From contig CAVXLA010000007.1 of the NCBI GenBank assembly GCA_963762445.1, forward strand, positions 735-64,734: 64,000 bases of DNA, in the 5' to 3' direction. This stretch comes from an uncultured Chloroflexia bacterium (GTDB taxonomy: Bacteria; Chloroflexota; Limnocylindria; Limnocylindrales; CSP1-4). The first letter of the stretch is position 1, and every line of letters begins with the position of its first letter. Under the pieces are notes generated by a model, which saw only the letters and a list, made by a program, of their open reading frames with translations, was not told where the DNA came from and ran no database searches. Below, one piece after another: positions 11,078 to 21,239 of the stretch. Both the position numbers and the translations under genes were made by a program.

Positions 11078-12048
11078 GCTCCGCGGCCCTGTCCGAGACG
11101 GCCGACCTCTACGACCGGATCGCCGCCGGCTACCAGAAGTGGTGGGCGCCCGTGATCGCGCCCGCGGCGCTCTACCTGCTCGACCTCGTCGCCCCGACGG
11201 TGGCCGATCGTCCGAATGCCCGGCTCGTCGATGTCGGCGCCGGCACGGGCACCCTCGCCCGCGCCGCCGTCGCCCGCTGGCCGTCGATCCGGGTCACGGC
11301 GGTCGACCCCGCGCCGGGGATGCTCGCGGTGGGGGAGCGGGAGGCGACGCGCACCCTCGCGTCGTCGGATGCGGAGCGCCTCGACTGGCGGACGGGCACG
11401 GCCGGACGCCTCCCGCTCGTCGCCGGCAGCGCCGATGCCGTCGTGTCCTCGTTCGTCTTCCAGTACCTCCGCAGCCGGGTCGCCGCCCTGCGCGAGGCGT
11501 ATCGGGTCCTCCGGCCCGGGGGGACGGTCGCCGTCGTGACGTGGCTGGCGGCCGACCTGCCGTTCGAGCCGTGGGACCTCTACGAGGCCGTCATCGGCGA
11601 GCTCGGGCTCGAGCGGCCGGCGAGCCGCAGCGTCTACCGGCCGCTCCGCAGCGAGTCAGCCGCGGCCGCGCTCGTCCGGCGTGCTGGCTTCCGGCAGGCG
11701 CACGCGTCGTCCGGGTTCGTGGAGAAGCAGTGGACGCTCGATGACTACGTGGCCACCACCTTCGAAGCCGAGGACTGCGACTTCGCCGCGACGCTCGATG
11801 CGCCGACCCGCGCCCGGCTCGAGGCGCTCTGGCGCGAGCGGCTCGCTCGCCTGGAGCCATCGGCCTTCCTCTACCGGGACCCGATCATCTACGTGACCGG
11901 CCGGCGACCAACGCCGGTGGCGCGGATTCGTGGTCTCAAGTCGACCGGGATGCCCGTTCGACATGACGTGCCCAAGGTCGCGCCAGCATCTTTGGACCGG
12001 GAGCTGCGGGAGCCGGTCAGCCGGGCTCCTCGCGGCGGACCGTCATGA
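11074..12048 (+). CDS. Class I SAM-dependent methyltransferase with read-through C-terminal tail
   Basis: LVDVGAGTG motif I, RVLRPGG; domain ends near YVTGRRP (~11910). Confidence 0.85.
   Translation: MSSAALSETADLYDRIAAGYQKWWAPVIAPAALYLLDLVAPTVADRPNARLVDVGAGTGTLARAAVARWPSIRVTAVDPAPGMLAVGEREATRTLASSDAERLDWRTGTAGRLPLVAGSADAVVSSFVFQYLRSRVAALREAYRVLRPGGTVAVVTWLAADLPFEPWDLYEAVIGELGLERPASRSVYRPLRSESAAAALVRRAGFRQAHASSGFVEKQWTLDDYVATTFEAEDCDFAATLDAPTRARLEALWRERLARLEPSAFLYRDPIIYVTGRRPTPVARIRGLKSTGMPVRHDVPKVAPASLDRELREPVSRAPRGGPS
11896..12044 (+). repeat. Internally deleted copy of the 14473-15798 segment
   Basis: 11944-11977 matches 14523-14555 (ccgggat...cgttcgacatgacg); 11977-12044 matches 15718-15798 (tggaccgggagctgcgg, gcggcggaccgtc). 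Confidence 0.75.
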
Positions 12049-12412
12049 CGCGGTCGATCGCCCGATCGAAGGAGGCAATGACGCCGATCCCGGTGCGTTC
12101 AGCGCTCGACACCAGGTAGGCATCGGCAAAGTCGAGCCGGTGGACCTCGTAGACCTCGACGGCCCGCTGAAGCAGGTCGACATCGAGCACGCGGATGGCA
12201 GGGAAAGCCAGCAGGGCCCGGAGCATCGTCGCCACCTGCGCCCGAGGCGCCTCGTAGAACGACTCGAGGACGTACGCCACTTCGGCCAGGATCAGATCCG
12301 GCAGCAACAGCTCATCGGCAGCCCCGAGGTAGCGGGTCGCCCGCGCCGCCAGGTCGGGTGGATCGCCGGTGAAGTGCCGGACGAGGATGTTGGTGTCGAC
12401 GAACGCCGTCAC
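12017..12412 (-). CDS. vapC: VapC/PIN toxin
   Basis: FVDTNILV, ILAEV, DFADAY, ASFD acidic PIN residues. Confidence 0.9.
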   Translation of the reverse strand: MTAFVDTNILVRHFTGDPPDLAARATRYLGAADELLLPDLILAEVAYVLESFYEAPRAQVATMLRALLAFPAIRVLDVDLLQRAVEVYEVHRLDFADAYLVSSAERTGIGVIASFDRAIDRVMTVRREEPG

Positions 12413-12657
12413 AGGTGCTCGGCGGCCCGGGCCCGCCGCGTCTGGCGCAGGACCTCGGCCCACGGGGTGCCCCGCCTGGCTGCGGGCACGCTCACCGATC
12501 CCGCCAGGGCCAGGAGATCCGGGGTTCGCGCGAGCACGGCGTGATCGCCCTCGACGCGGAACACGACCCGATCCCCTTCTTCGAGCGACAACGCCTCGCG
12601 AACGGCCCGGGGCACCGTCACCTGGCCCTTGGAACTGAGCCGCGCCGAGACTTCCAT
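12409..12657 (-). CDS. vapB: AbrB/MazE-type antitoxin
   Basis: SSKGQVTVPRAVREALSLEEGDRVVF; GTGA overlap with toxin. Confidence 0.9.
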   Translation of the reverse strand: MEVSARLSSKGQVTVPRAVREALSLEEGDRVVFRVEGDHAVLARTPDLLALAGSVSVPAARRGTPWAEVLRQTRRARAAEHL

Positions 12658-12666
12658 GGTTCGTGC

Positions 12667-12692
12667 TCCTTACAACATCATCGATGTAAGGA
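12667..12692. promoter_or_regulatory. Inverted-repeat operator of the AbrB-VapC pair
   Basis: TCCTTACA-N10-TGTAAGGA just upstream of the antitoxin start. Confidence 0.6.
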
Positions 12693-12857
12693 TACCACGA
12701 GGCTCACCGGGCCCGGGAGTACGCCGACGTCGCGTGATCGACGGCATCGCCCCCCTTGCGCCGCGCATTGTGCGCCGCGTCACATCCGGCAGAGCCTCCT
12801 CTGTCGAACATGTGGGCATGAGCTGGCTCCGGTCGGCCGTTCGTGGGGGGCAGACAA

Positions 12858-13286
12858 ATGACGCTCGCACTTCGGGCGACCGCCGGCGCGCCGGTGGCAT
12901 CCACTTCCGGCGCGGAGTACCGGCCGGGCTCCTGCAATATCGGGGCCGCCGAGATCGCCCGGCGACACCGGGCGGGGCACGTCGGCCTCGGCGCCGCGAT
13001 CGTCCTGCTGGCCGGGCTCGTGGCGATCGACGCGCCGCCGATGGCTAGGTTGTTGGTCGCCCTGCCGGCGGCCGGCGCCGCCTCGGGGTACCTCCAGGCT
13101 CGGCTTCGGTTCTGCGCCGGCTTCGGGTCGCGGGGGGTCTACAACTTCGGCGAGCTCGGGCAGGCGCAGCGGGTGGCGGACGGCGACGCCCGCGGGCGCG
13201 ACCGGGCACGCGCGATGCAGATCGGCCTCGCGAGCCTGGCCATCGGCGCTGCCGCGGGGATCGCCGCGGCCCTGCTCCCGCGCTGA
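12858..13286 (+). CDS. Hypothetical membrane protein
   Basis: YRPGSCNIGAAEIARR, YLQARLRFCAGFG; 3 hydrophobic segments. Confidence 0.65.
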   Translation: MTLALRATAGAPVASTSGAEYRPGSCNIGAAEIARRHRAGHVGLGAAIVLLAGLVAIDAPPMARLLVALPAAGAASGYLQARLRFCAGFGSRGVYNFGELGQAQRVADGDARGRDRARAMQIGLASLAIGAAAGIAAALLPR

Positions 13287-13391
13287 GCTGCGTCGACTGG
13301 TCTGCCTGGTCGGCGGCCCCTTGACGGCCACGTACGATGGCAGGCCGGCAATCGTCCGACGCCGGTGGGGGATGCAAGGGGGGTGGGGGTC

Positions 13392-14378
13392 ATGACGCAG
13401 GCGCCAGCGGCCGATCCGGCGCGCCCGGACCGCATCACGCTCGCGGCCTTCGTGGGCGTGGTGCTGTTCGGCGGCGTCAACGCGATCGCGGTGAAGAAGA
13501 GCGTGGCCGAGCTCGCCCCCTTCTGGAGCGCGGGCCTCCGCTTCGTCGTGGCCGGCCTGCTGCTCGTGGCGATCGTCGTCGTGACCCGGAGGTCGTTCCC
13601 GCGCGGCAGGAGCCTCGCGGGCGCGATGCTCTACGGCGCCCTGGCCTTCTCGGCGAGCTTCGCGCTCATCTACCCGGCCCTGCGCGTCGTGCCGGCCGCC
13701 ACTTCCGCGGTCCTGCTCGCGCTGGTGCCCCTGCTGACCTTCGGCCTCGCGATCCTGCACGGGCAGGAGCGGTTCCGCGCCCAAGGGCTCCTCGGCGCCC
13801 TGGTGGCGGTCGCCGGCGTGGGCGTCGTCGTGGTCGACCAGCTGAGCGCCGCCGTCCCCCTCGTCCCGCTGCTCTCGATCGTGGGCGGCGTTGCGTTCAT
13901 CGCTGAGAGCGGGGTGATCCTCAAGTGGGTCCCCCGCAGCGATCCGTTCGCCACCAACGCCGTGGCCATGCTGACCGGCAGCGCGATCCTGCTGGCCGTC
14001 TCGACCGTCGCCGGGGAGTCGTGGACGATCCCCGCCGCGCCGGCGACGTGGGCGGCCATGGCCTATCTCGTCGTCTTCGGCTCGATCGTGATGTTCGGCC
14101 TCTACCTCTTCGCGCTCCGCCGCTGGACGGCGTCCGGCGTCTCGTACGTCACGCTCCTGATGCCGCTCGTCACGGTGCCGCTCGCCGCGGCGCTGACCGC
14201 GGAGTCGATCTCCTTCTCGTTCCTGGTGGGCGGCGCCATCGCGCTGGCGGGCGTGTACGTGGGCGCGTTCCTCAGGATCCGTCCGCGCCGCTCGTCGGCG
14301 ACGAGCCTGCCGGAGTGCCTCCCGATCGACGCCTGCGCGGATGCCGGGCCGGCCGCGGCCGAGCCGGCGGGGGCCTGA
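13392..14378 (+). CDS. EamA/DMT family transporter
   Basis: ~10 TM segments in two EamA repeats. Confidence 0.85.
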   Translation: MTQAPAADPARPDRITLAAFVGVVLFGGVNAIAVKKSVAELAPFWSAGLRFVVAGLLLVAIVVVTRRSFPRGRSLAGAMLYGALAFSASFALIYPALRVVPAATSAVLLALVPLLTFGLAILHGQERFRAQGLLGALVAVAGVGVVVVDQLSAAVPLVPLLSIVGGVAFIAESGVILKWVPRSDPFATNAVAMLTGSAILLAVSTVAGESWTIPAAPATWAAMAYLVVFGSIVMFGLYLFALRRWTASGVSYVTLLMPLVTVPLAAALTAESISFSFLVGGAIALAGVYVGAFLRIRPRRSSATSLPECLPIDACADAGPAAAEPAGA

Positions 14379-14559
14379 AGGGGCGGGCCGTGGCCGCCTA
14401 CCGGCTCGGCCCCCCGGATCGCCCCTCTTCCTGGAGGCGGGGCGACCCCCTCGCCAGGGGAGGAAGGCGCCGGACCGGCGGCGACCTGATCGCTGAGCGT
14501 GCGGACTGCCGGTCTCGGTCGGCCGGGATACGCGTTCGACATGACGAGGCCCAGGCCCG

Positions 14560-15768
14560 ATGATGGCCAGCGTCTCACGCGGCGACGCCAAGGTGAAGGA
14601 GGGGTCCCTGCTCTCGCGTCCCGAGCCAGCCTGCCTGCTGATCGCCGACATCTCCGGCTACACGAGCTACCTCGCCGGCGTCGAGCTCGACCACGCCCAG
14701 GACATCCTGGCCGACCTGGTGACGACGGTTGTCGGCGCGATGCGGCCGGGCTTCCGGCTCGCAAAGCTCGAGGGCGACGCCGCGTTCGCCTACGTGCTCG
14801 CCGAGAAGATCGACGGCTCGCAGCTCCTGGACACCGTCGAGCGGACCTACTTCGCCTTCCGCCGGCGCCTCCGCGACATTGCCCAGGCGACCGCCTGCGA
14901 GTGCAACGCGTGCGTCCTCATGCCCCGGCTGGATCTCAAGGTCATCGCTCACCATGGCTCGGTCATCCGGCACCGGATCGCCGGCCGCGAGGAGCTCGTC
15001 GGCTCCGACGTGATCGTCGCCCACCGACTCCTGAAGAACCATGTCGTGGAGCGGCTCGGCATCCCAGCCTACGCGCTCTTCAGCGGTTCGTGCGTCGCCG
15101 CCATGGCGGTCGATCCCGTCGCACTCGGGATGACCGAACACGTCGACACCTATGACGATCTCGGGGAGGTGGGTGCCTGGGTCCACGACCTCGGGTCGGC
15201 ATGGACGGCGGAGCTGGAGCGCCGCCGAACGATCGTCTCGGAGCGCGACGCCGAGTTCGTGCTCGAGACGGTCCAGCCCGCTCCCCGAGACATCGTCTGG
15301 TCGTTCATGACTGACCCGGCGAAACGTCCGCGCTGGCAGGCCGACGTCGTCGGCGTCGACGAGCTGCCGACCGCGCCGCGGCGCGGCGTCGGGACGACGA
15401 ACCACTGCATGCACGGGACGGAGATGCTCATCGAGGAGATCCTCGACTGGCGGCCGACCGACTATGTGACGCTGCGCACGACCATGCCGAATGGCTTCCA
15501 GGTCGTCTCAACGTACGCGTTTGCGGATGCGCCGGAGGGCACCCGCGTCCGGATCCTCTTCACCTGGGGCAAGAACCGACGGCAGCAGGAGGAGCTCTCG
15601 GCCGTGCGCGAGCTCGTGGCGGACCTGGTCGGCCGCGGCCAGGCGACCCTGCGTGACGTGCTGGAGGAGGAGATGGCCCGCCTGGCGACACTCGCTGCCG
15701 ACAACCCGCCCGAGCCTGTCGCGCCTGGATCGATGGACCGGGAGCTGCGGCAGCCAGTGCGGCGCTAG
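14560..15768 (+). CDS. DUF2652 (cyclase-like) domain + SRPBCC domain protein
   Basis: LIADISGYT, KLEGDA, CECNAC, LKVIAHHG, VIVAHRLLKN; C-terminal APRDIVWSFMTDP; start uncertain (14560/14593). Confidence 0.8.
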   Translation: MMASVSRGDAKVKEGSLLSRPEPACLLIADISGYTSYLAGVELDHAQDILADLVTTVVGAMRPGFRLAKLEGDAAFAYVLAEKIDGSQLLDTVERTYFAFRRRLRDIAQATACECNACVLMPRLDLKVIAHHGSVIRHRIAGREELVGSDVIVAHRLLKNHVVERLGIPAYALFSGSCVAAMAVDPVALGMTEHVDTYDDLGEVGAWVHDLGSAWTAELERRRTIVSERDAEFVLETVQPAPRDIVWSFMTDPAKRPRWQADVVGVDELPTAPRRGVGTTNHCMHGTEMLIEEILDWRPTDYVTLRTTMPNGFQVVSTYAFADAPEGTRVRILFTWGKNRRQQEELSAVRELVADLVGRGQATLRDVLEEEMARLATLAADNPPEPVAPGSMDRELRQPVRR

Positions 15769-15858
15769 CCGGTCGGCTGCGGTCAGCGGCGGACCGTCGC
15801 GCCAGGCAAACGGCTCGCACCAATCACCACGCTCCGTCATGCGACGGACCGCGGTATC

Positions 15859-17322
15859 TCAGGCCGGCACCAAGTGAGCGCCAGCGCCGCGTCTGATCAA
15901 GTCGAGGCGGTCGCCGAGGTCGTGCGCCGGCCTGAAGACGAACCGGCGCCCAATCTGTGTCCGGACGAGCAACCCCATCCCTGCAAGTTCAAGCAGATCG
16001 GACCGCGCCGATTCGTATACCACACGATGGCTTGTCATGTGACTCCGGAACGTGTACTCGGCGTCAGGATTGCGGAGTGCGTGTCCGATGACGGCGAGTT
16101 GACGGTGGTTCAAGTCGGTGTCCCTCAGCAACTCCTCCGCCTTCCGCACCTCTCGGATCTTGCGCACCAGGTACTGGTGAAGTTCGTCGATCGCGCGGCA
16201 GATGACGCTGAGTTGGTAGAGCAGGAAATATGTCGTATCGAGATCGTCGGTCTCGGTGTAGAGGAAGGCGCGGGCGTACTGGGCCGGCGCCTTCTTGAGA
16301 ATCCTCGAAATCGACAGGAATTCCGTGAGCCAATAGCCCTGGCGGAGCATTGACCAGTAGAAGAGCGCACGAGCGGTCCTCCCGTTCCCATCCGAAAACG
16401 GGTGGTCGTACGCAAGCCAGAAGTGCACGAGGATTGAGCGGACTACTGGGTGCATGAACCCGCTCGTTTCGCCCCCGTTGGCAAACCTGCAGAGCGCCTC
16501 CAGACGCTCCGGCAGCAACGCGGCCGGAGGTGGCTGGTGGAGGACCTTGCCATCGGATCGGTCGATGATTGAGACGCGCGTCTCACCTGGGAGTTGCGGG
16601 CGCCCTGCCCCAGACGCGTCGTCGAGCGTGTCTTCGGTCAGGATCCGATGCAGTTCGAAGATCCGTTGGACCGTCAATGGCTCATCCGACCATGTCCGCA
16701 TCGAGCCCATGGCGCTGTAGTTGTTCAGGATCATTCGCTCGCTGACGCTTCGCGGCGCCCGACCCGACTTGATCATCTCCTTTGCCACCCTGGCGGTGGT
16801 CGACGCCCCTTCAAGCTGGCTCGAGTTGATCGCCTCCTCGATCAGAGAGCTTACGAGATACCTCCTCCGAGACTGCTCGTTGGCGACTAGCTCGGGGAAC
16901 GTGATCACGCCGCTCGCCTTCTGATCGATTTGGTGGACCATTTCCCATGCGGGATCTGGCATGGCGAACAGGAACGGCCTCCCGGCGGCGTCGGCGAACC
17001 GCAGCTGTCTAAGCAGAGACTGTCGGGCCAGCTTGATTCCGGCCCACCACTCTTCGTGGGTCAGACCAGCCGGAGGTGTGAGTTGCCGCAGCGTGTCCCA
17101 GTGTCGGTACTTCTCACCCACCGTTGGAAACACGCCAGCAGCCAAGATCTTCTGCAGGCTGTCGGGCGACCGCCCGAGGATGTCCCAGTGTCCCGGCGGT
17201 GCGAGAGGGAGTTTCACGCCCTGCTCCAGTCCAGTTTCAAGTCCCAACGTCCGACGGAATGGTACAAGTCTACCATCATCGACGCTTGATGGTAGTCGGA
17301 GGCAGTCGCCTGACGTGGCCAA
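15859..17322 (-). CDS. Fic family protein with internal inhibitory motif and C-terminal wHTH
   Basis: HPFSDGNGRTAR active motif; SSQLEG inhibitory motif; lower GC; true start may be near 17217. Confidence 0.9.
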   Translation of the reverse strand: MATSGDCLRLPSSVDDGRLVPFRRTLGLETGLEQGVKLPLAPPGHWDILGRSPDSLQKILAAGVFPTVGEKYRHWDTLRQLTPPAGLTHEEWWAGIKLARQSLLRQLRFADAAGRPFLFAMPDPAWEMVHQIDQKASGVITFPELVANEQSRRRYLVSSLIEEAINSSQLEGASTTARVAKEMIKSGRAPRSVSERMILNNYSAMGSMRTWSDEPLTVQRIFELHRILTEDTLDDASGAGRPQLPGETRVSIIDRSDGKVLHQPPPAALLPERLEALCRFANGGETSGFMHPVVRSILVHFWLAYDHPFSDGNGRTARALFYWSMLRQGYWLTEFLSISRILKKAPAQYARAFLYTETDDLDTTYFLLYQLSVICRAIDELHQYLVRKIREVRKAEELLRDTDLNHRQLAVIGHALRNPDAEYTFRSHMTSHRVVYESARSDLLELAGMGLLVRTQIGRRFVFRPAHDLGDRLDLIRRGAGAHLVPA

Positions 17323-17457
17323 GGTTAGCGATCATTGATTCCCAAGTTTGGGAGTCATTAGTAGTTCACTGGTAGTCGGAGGCAGTCGCCTGACGCGGCC
17401 AAGGCTAGCGATCGTTGATTCCCAAGTTTGGGAGTCATTAGTAGTTCACTGGTAGTC
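17291..17457. repeat. 80-bp tandem repeat, 2 copies plus partial
   Basis: 17291-17370 vs 17371-17450 differ at 3 positions; each holds the dyad GATTCCCAA-GT-TTGGGAGTC. Confidence 0.95.
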
Positions 17458-17586
17458 CGGAAAGGATGCGCCCAGGCGGGCCGCTCTTCGACTTCCGCAC
17501 AGACTCACGAACTAGACCAGACGCTGGCGACAGTCCACACACGAGCATGGCACTCGGCTACCCTCTCTTCGGGCTTCCGCAAGCGA

Positions 17587-19576
17587 GTGACGGACATCAA
17601 CAACCACGGCCAGCTCATCTGGGCCATCGCCGACCTGCTCCGGGGTGACTACAAGCAGTCGGAGTACGGGCGGGTCATCCTCCCGCTCGTCGTGCTGCGC
17701 CGGCTCGACTGCGTCCTCGAGCCCACGAAGCAGCAGGTCCGCGCCCGCCTCGCGTCGCTCGAGGGCCGCGTCGAGAACGTCGGCCCGATCCTCCAGGCGA
17801 TCACGGGCATCGAGGTCTACAACACCTCGCCCGCTGACCCTGAAGAAGATCCTCGCCGACCCGTCCCAGGTCGCCGGCAACCTCCGGGCCTGGATCGCCG
17901 CCTTCGACGACGAGACCCGCGACGTCATCGAGAAGTTCGACTTCGACGCCCAGATCGGGCGGCTCGACCGGGCGAAGCTCCTCTACCTCGTCCTGGCGAA
18001 GGTCACCGAGGTCGATCTCCATCCCGACGCGGTCAGCAACGTCGAGATGGGCTACCTGTACGAGGAGCTGATCCGCAAGTTCTCCGAGCTGTCGAACGAG
18101 ACCGCCGGCGAGCACTTCACGCCCCGCGAGGTCATCCGCCTCATGGTCGATCTCCTCTTCATCGAGGACGACGAGGCGCTGCGGACGCCGGGCATCGTGC
18201 GGACGATGCTCGACCCCGCCTGCGGCACCGGCGGGATGCTCTCGGTCGCCGCCGAGTACCTCCGCGAGCTGAACCCGGGCGCGAGGCTCGAGGGCTACGG
18301 CCAGGAGCTGAACGCCGAGACGTACGCCATCTGCCGCTCCGACATGATGCTCAAGGGCCAGAAGGCGTCGAACATCCGCCTCGGCAACAGCTTCAGCGAG
18401 GACGCCTTCAAGGGCGCTCGCTACGACTACCTCCTCGCCAATCCGCCCTTCGGGGTCGAGTGGAAGAAGGTCCAGCGCGAGATCGAGGACGAGCACGACA
18501 AGCTCGGCTTCGGCGGTCGCTTCGGGGCCGGCCTGCCCCGCATCAACGACGGCTCGTTCCTCTTCCTCCAGCACATGATCAGCAAGCTCAAGCGGCCCGA
18601 GGAGGGTGGCGGACGGCTCGCCATCGTCTTCAACGGCTCGCCCCTCTTCACGGGCGGCGCGGGCTCGGGCGAGAGCGAGATCCGGCGCTGGATCATCGAG
18701 AACGACTGGCTCGAGGGGATCGTCGCCCTCCCGGACCAGCTCTTCTACAACACCGGGATCAGCACCTACTTCTGGATCGTCACCAACCGCAAGAAGCCCG
18801 AGCGCCGGGGCAAGGTCCAGCTCGTCGATGCCCGCGAGCTGTTCACGAAGATGCGGAAGAGCCTCGGCGAGAAGCGCAAGGAGATCAGCCCGGACCAGAT
18901 CGCCGAGATCACCCGCCTCTACGGCGCGTTCGAGGAGAACGAGCGGGTGAAGATCCTCCCGAACGAGTCGTTCGGGTTCCAGCGGATCACGGTCGAGCGC
19001 CCGCTCCGCCTCCGGTACGAGGTCACCGAGGCGACCCTGCCGGCGGTCGAGACCTCGGCGGGCTGGGCGAAGCTGACCGAGCCGGAGCGCCTGGCTCTCG
19101 TGGATCGTCTCGAGGCGCTCAAGGGCCTCGCATCGACGGACCGAGCCGAGGTCGCCCGACGCCTCGGCCCGCTCCCGAAGGCCATCGACAAGGCGGTCTG
19201 GGACGCGCTCGCGGTCCGCGACCCCGACGCCCCGGTCATCACCGACCGCAAGGGGCATCCCGAGCCGGACCCGGACCTCCGCGACAACGAGAACGTCCCG
19301 CTGCCGGGGCCGGTCGAGGGGTACGACGAGGACCCGACCGAGCGCCTCGCCTCGCCGCCGTACCGCGCCGCCGTCGATGCCTACATGGCGGCCGAGGTCC
19401 TCCCGTTCGTGCCCGACGCCTGGGTGGACCACGCCAAGACGAAGATCGGCTACGAGATCCCGCTCACCCGCCAGTTCTACCGCTACGTCCCGCCGCGCCC
19501 GCTCGAGGAGATCGACGCCGAGATCAGGGCGCTCGAGGAGGAGATCCAGCGGCTGCTCCGCGAGGTCACGGCGTGA
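17587..19576 (+). CDS. hsdM: Type I R-M methyltransferase subunit (m6A); frameshift near 17830
   Basis: IWAIADLLRGDYKQSEYG, GEHFTPREVI, DPACGTGGML, NPPF. Confidence 0.92.
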
Positions 19577-20827
19577 CGTGACGTGGCGGTTCGGGCCGCC
19601 GCACAACGACTGCAGCCGCCAGAGTGGCGATGGGTGTCCCCGGAGCGCGTCGCGTCGCTCGTCCGTGCAGCGGATCGCGACGGCCGAGCGCCCCTGCATC
19701 CGTGTCACGGAGCTGACATCAGGAGCGCCCAGCGGACGGCGGACGGCAGCTTCCGACGGACGTCCGATCCCCGACTACTGGCTGGTCGAGCGGGGCGACC
19801 TCGTCGTGAACCGAATGGGGCGCATCGAGGGCGGTCGGGCGTGCGCCGTGCGCGGCGTCGTCGGCGCTGTGAGTCCTGCGTATCGCGTCGACGGGCCACT
19901 CGGTGCTGGAGCGCGACGGTTCTGGCACCACTACTGCGATCTCAGGTTGCGCGGGCCCAGTGACGACCTAGATCACGCGGCATCGGATCGACGTTCGACC
20001 GCTGCGCATCTCGCGAGCAGACCTCGAGTGGCATGCCAGTGCCGGTGCCGTCCCGATGCACGTTCAACGCGCAGTCGCCGACTACCTCGACGCGGAAGCA
20101 GCACGCATCGACGTACTTGTCGAACTCCGTAGGAGGATCCTGGAGCTCCTCGCCGAGCGGCGACGGCTGGCGACGGATCGGACGTTCGCCGACTCGTCGG
20201 GAGGTCGTGCTTGGCCGGTCGTGAAGCTGAAGCATGTGGTCGTGGGCTTCGTGGATACCCTCCACGCGACTGCTCCCGGTGAAGATGATGGCCCCGGCTA
20301 CATCGTTGGGACGAGCTGCATCAAGGGCGGGTCCCTGAACCTTGCCGTCGCTCGACGCTGCTCGACTGCAACGCTCCGTGAGTGGACGAAGCGTGCCGTC
20401 CCACGTCCGGGCGACGTTCTGCTGACCCGCGAAGCCCCGGCGGGTGAAGCGGCTCTCGTCCCCGCCGGGATCCGACTTGCTCCCGGGCAGCGCGTCGTAC
20501 TGGTTCAGACCGACCGCCGTCGCATGCTGCCCGAACTCGTGTTGCACTCGATCTACTCGGCACGCGCTGGGCGCTTCTTCGACCTTCTCGGACGCGAGAC
20601 CACCGTGGCGCACCTGAACATGGGCGACATCGGCGAGTTGCCCGTTGTGCTGCCTCCGCTCGAAGTCCAGCCGGCGATCGGCGGCCAGGATCGCGGCGGA
20701 GCTCGCCTCGCTGGATCAGGCCAGTTCGGCGATGTCCCGCCAGATCGCCCTCCTCCGCGAGCGTCGTCAGGCCCTTATCACCGCTGCGGTCACCGGCCAG
20801 CTCGACATCCCCGGAGTCGCCGCGTGA
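19573..20827 (+). CDS. hsdS: Type I R-M specificity subunit; many frameshifts, first TRD scrambled
   Basis: GDLVVNRM, VSPAY, QRAVADYLDAEAARIDVL, GDVLLTREAP, LRERRQALITAAVTGQLD in different frames. Confidence 0.8.
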
Positions 20828-20952
20828 AGCCCGACGAGCGCGGCTTCGAGGACGCGATCACGGAGTCGTTGGGCGAGGATGGCGGCTATCGAGTCAGGAA
20901 GTGGCGTGAGGCCCCCGCGGGCGGAGCGGGCTTGACCGGGACGGCCGAGTAG
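20824..20952 (+). pseudogene. Truncated duplicate of the hsdR 5' end
   Basis: VKPDERGFEDAITESLGEDGGYRVRKW vs MKPDERGFEDAITASLVEAGGYRVCKW at 21678; first 32 nt identical. Confidence 0.85.
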
Positions 20953-20966
20953 GCGAGTATGCGCGT

Positions 20967-21239
20967 ATGAGGCGCACAACGATCAGCCTGCCGGACGACG
21001 TTGCGGCTGCCCTCGAACGGGAGGCGCGCCGGCGGCGCGTGCCCGTGTCACAGGTCGCCCGCGAGGCGATCGAGGCTCGGCTGGGACTCGCGGACGAGGG
21101 GCCGCGCGACATCCCGTTCATCGGCATCGGGGACAGCGGCGGGGCGTTCGTGGGCATCGCCGAGTACATGGACTCGGGCGAGTTCGAGAAGGACTACGCG
21201 GACTGGATCTACACGGATGCGTTCGGTCGCGATCCTTGA
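20967..21239 (+). CDS. vapB: CopG/RHH antitoxin
   Basis: MRRTTISLPDDVAAALEREARRRRVPVSQVAREAI. Confidence 0.85.
   Translation: MRRTTISLPDDVAAALEREARRRRVPVSQVAREAIEARLGLADEGPRDIPFIGIGDSGGAFVGIAEYMDSGEFEKDYADWIYTDAFGRDP

Noticed and set aside
17291-17457. CRISPR array
   Set aside because: Units repeat in full with no unique spacers, and no cas genes are present
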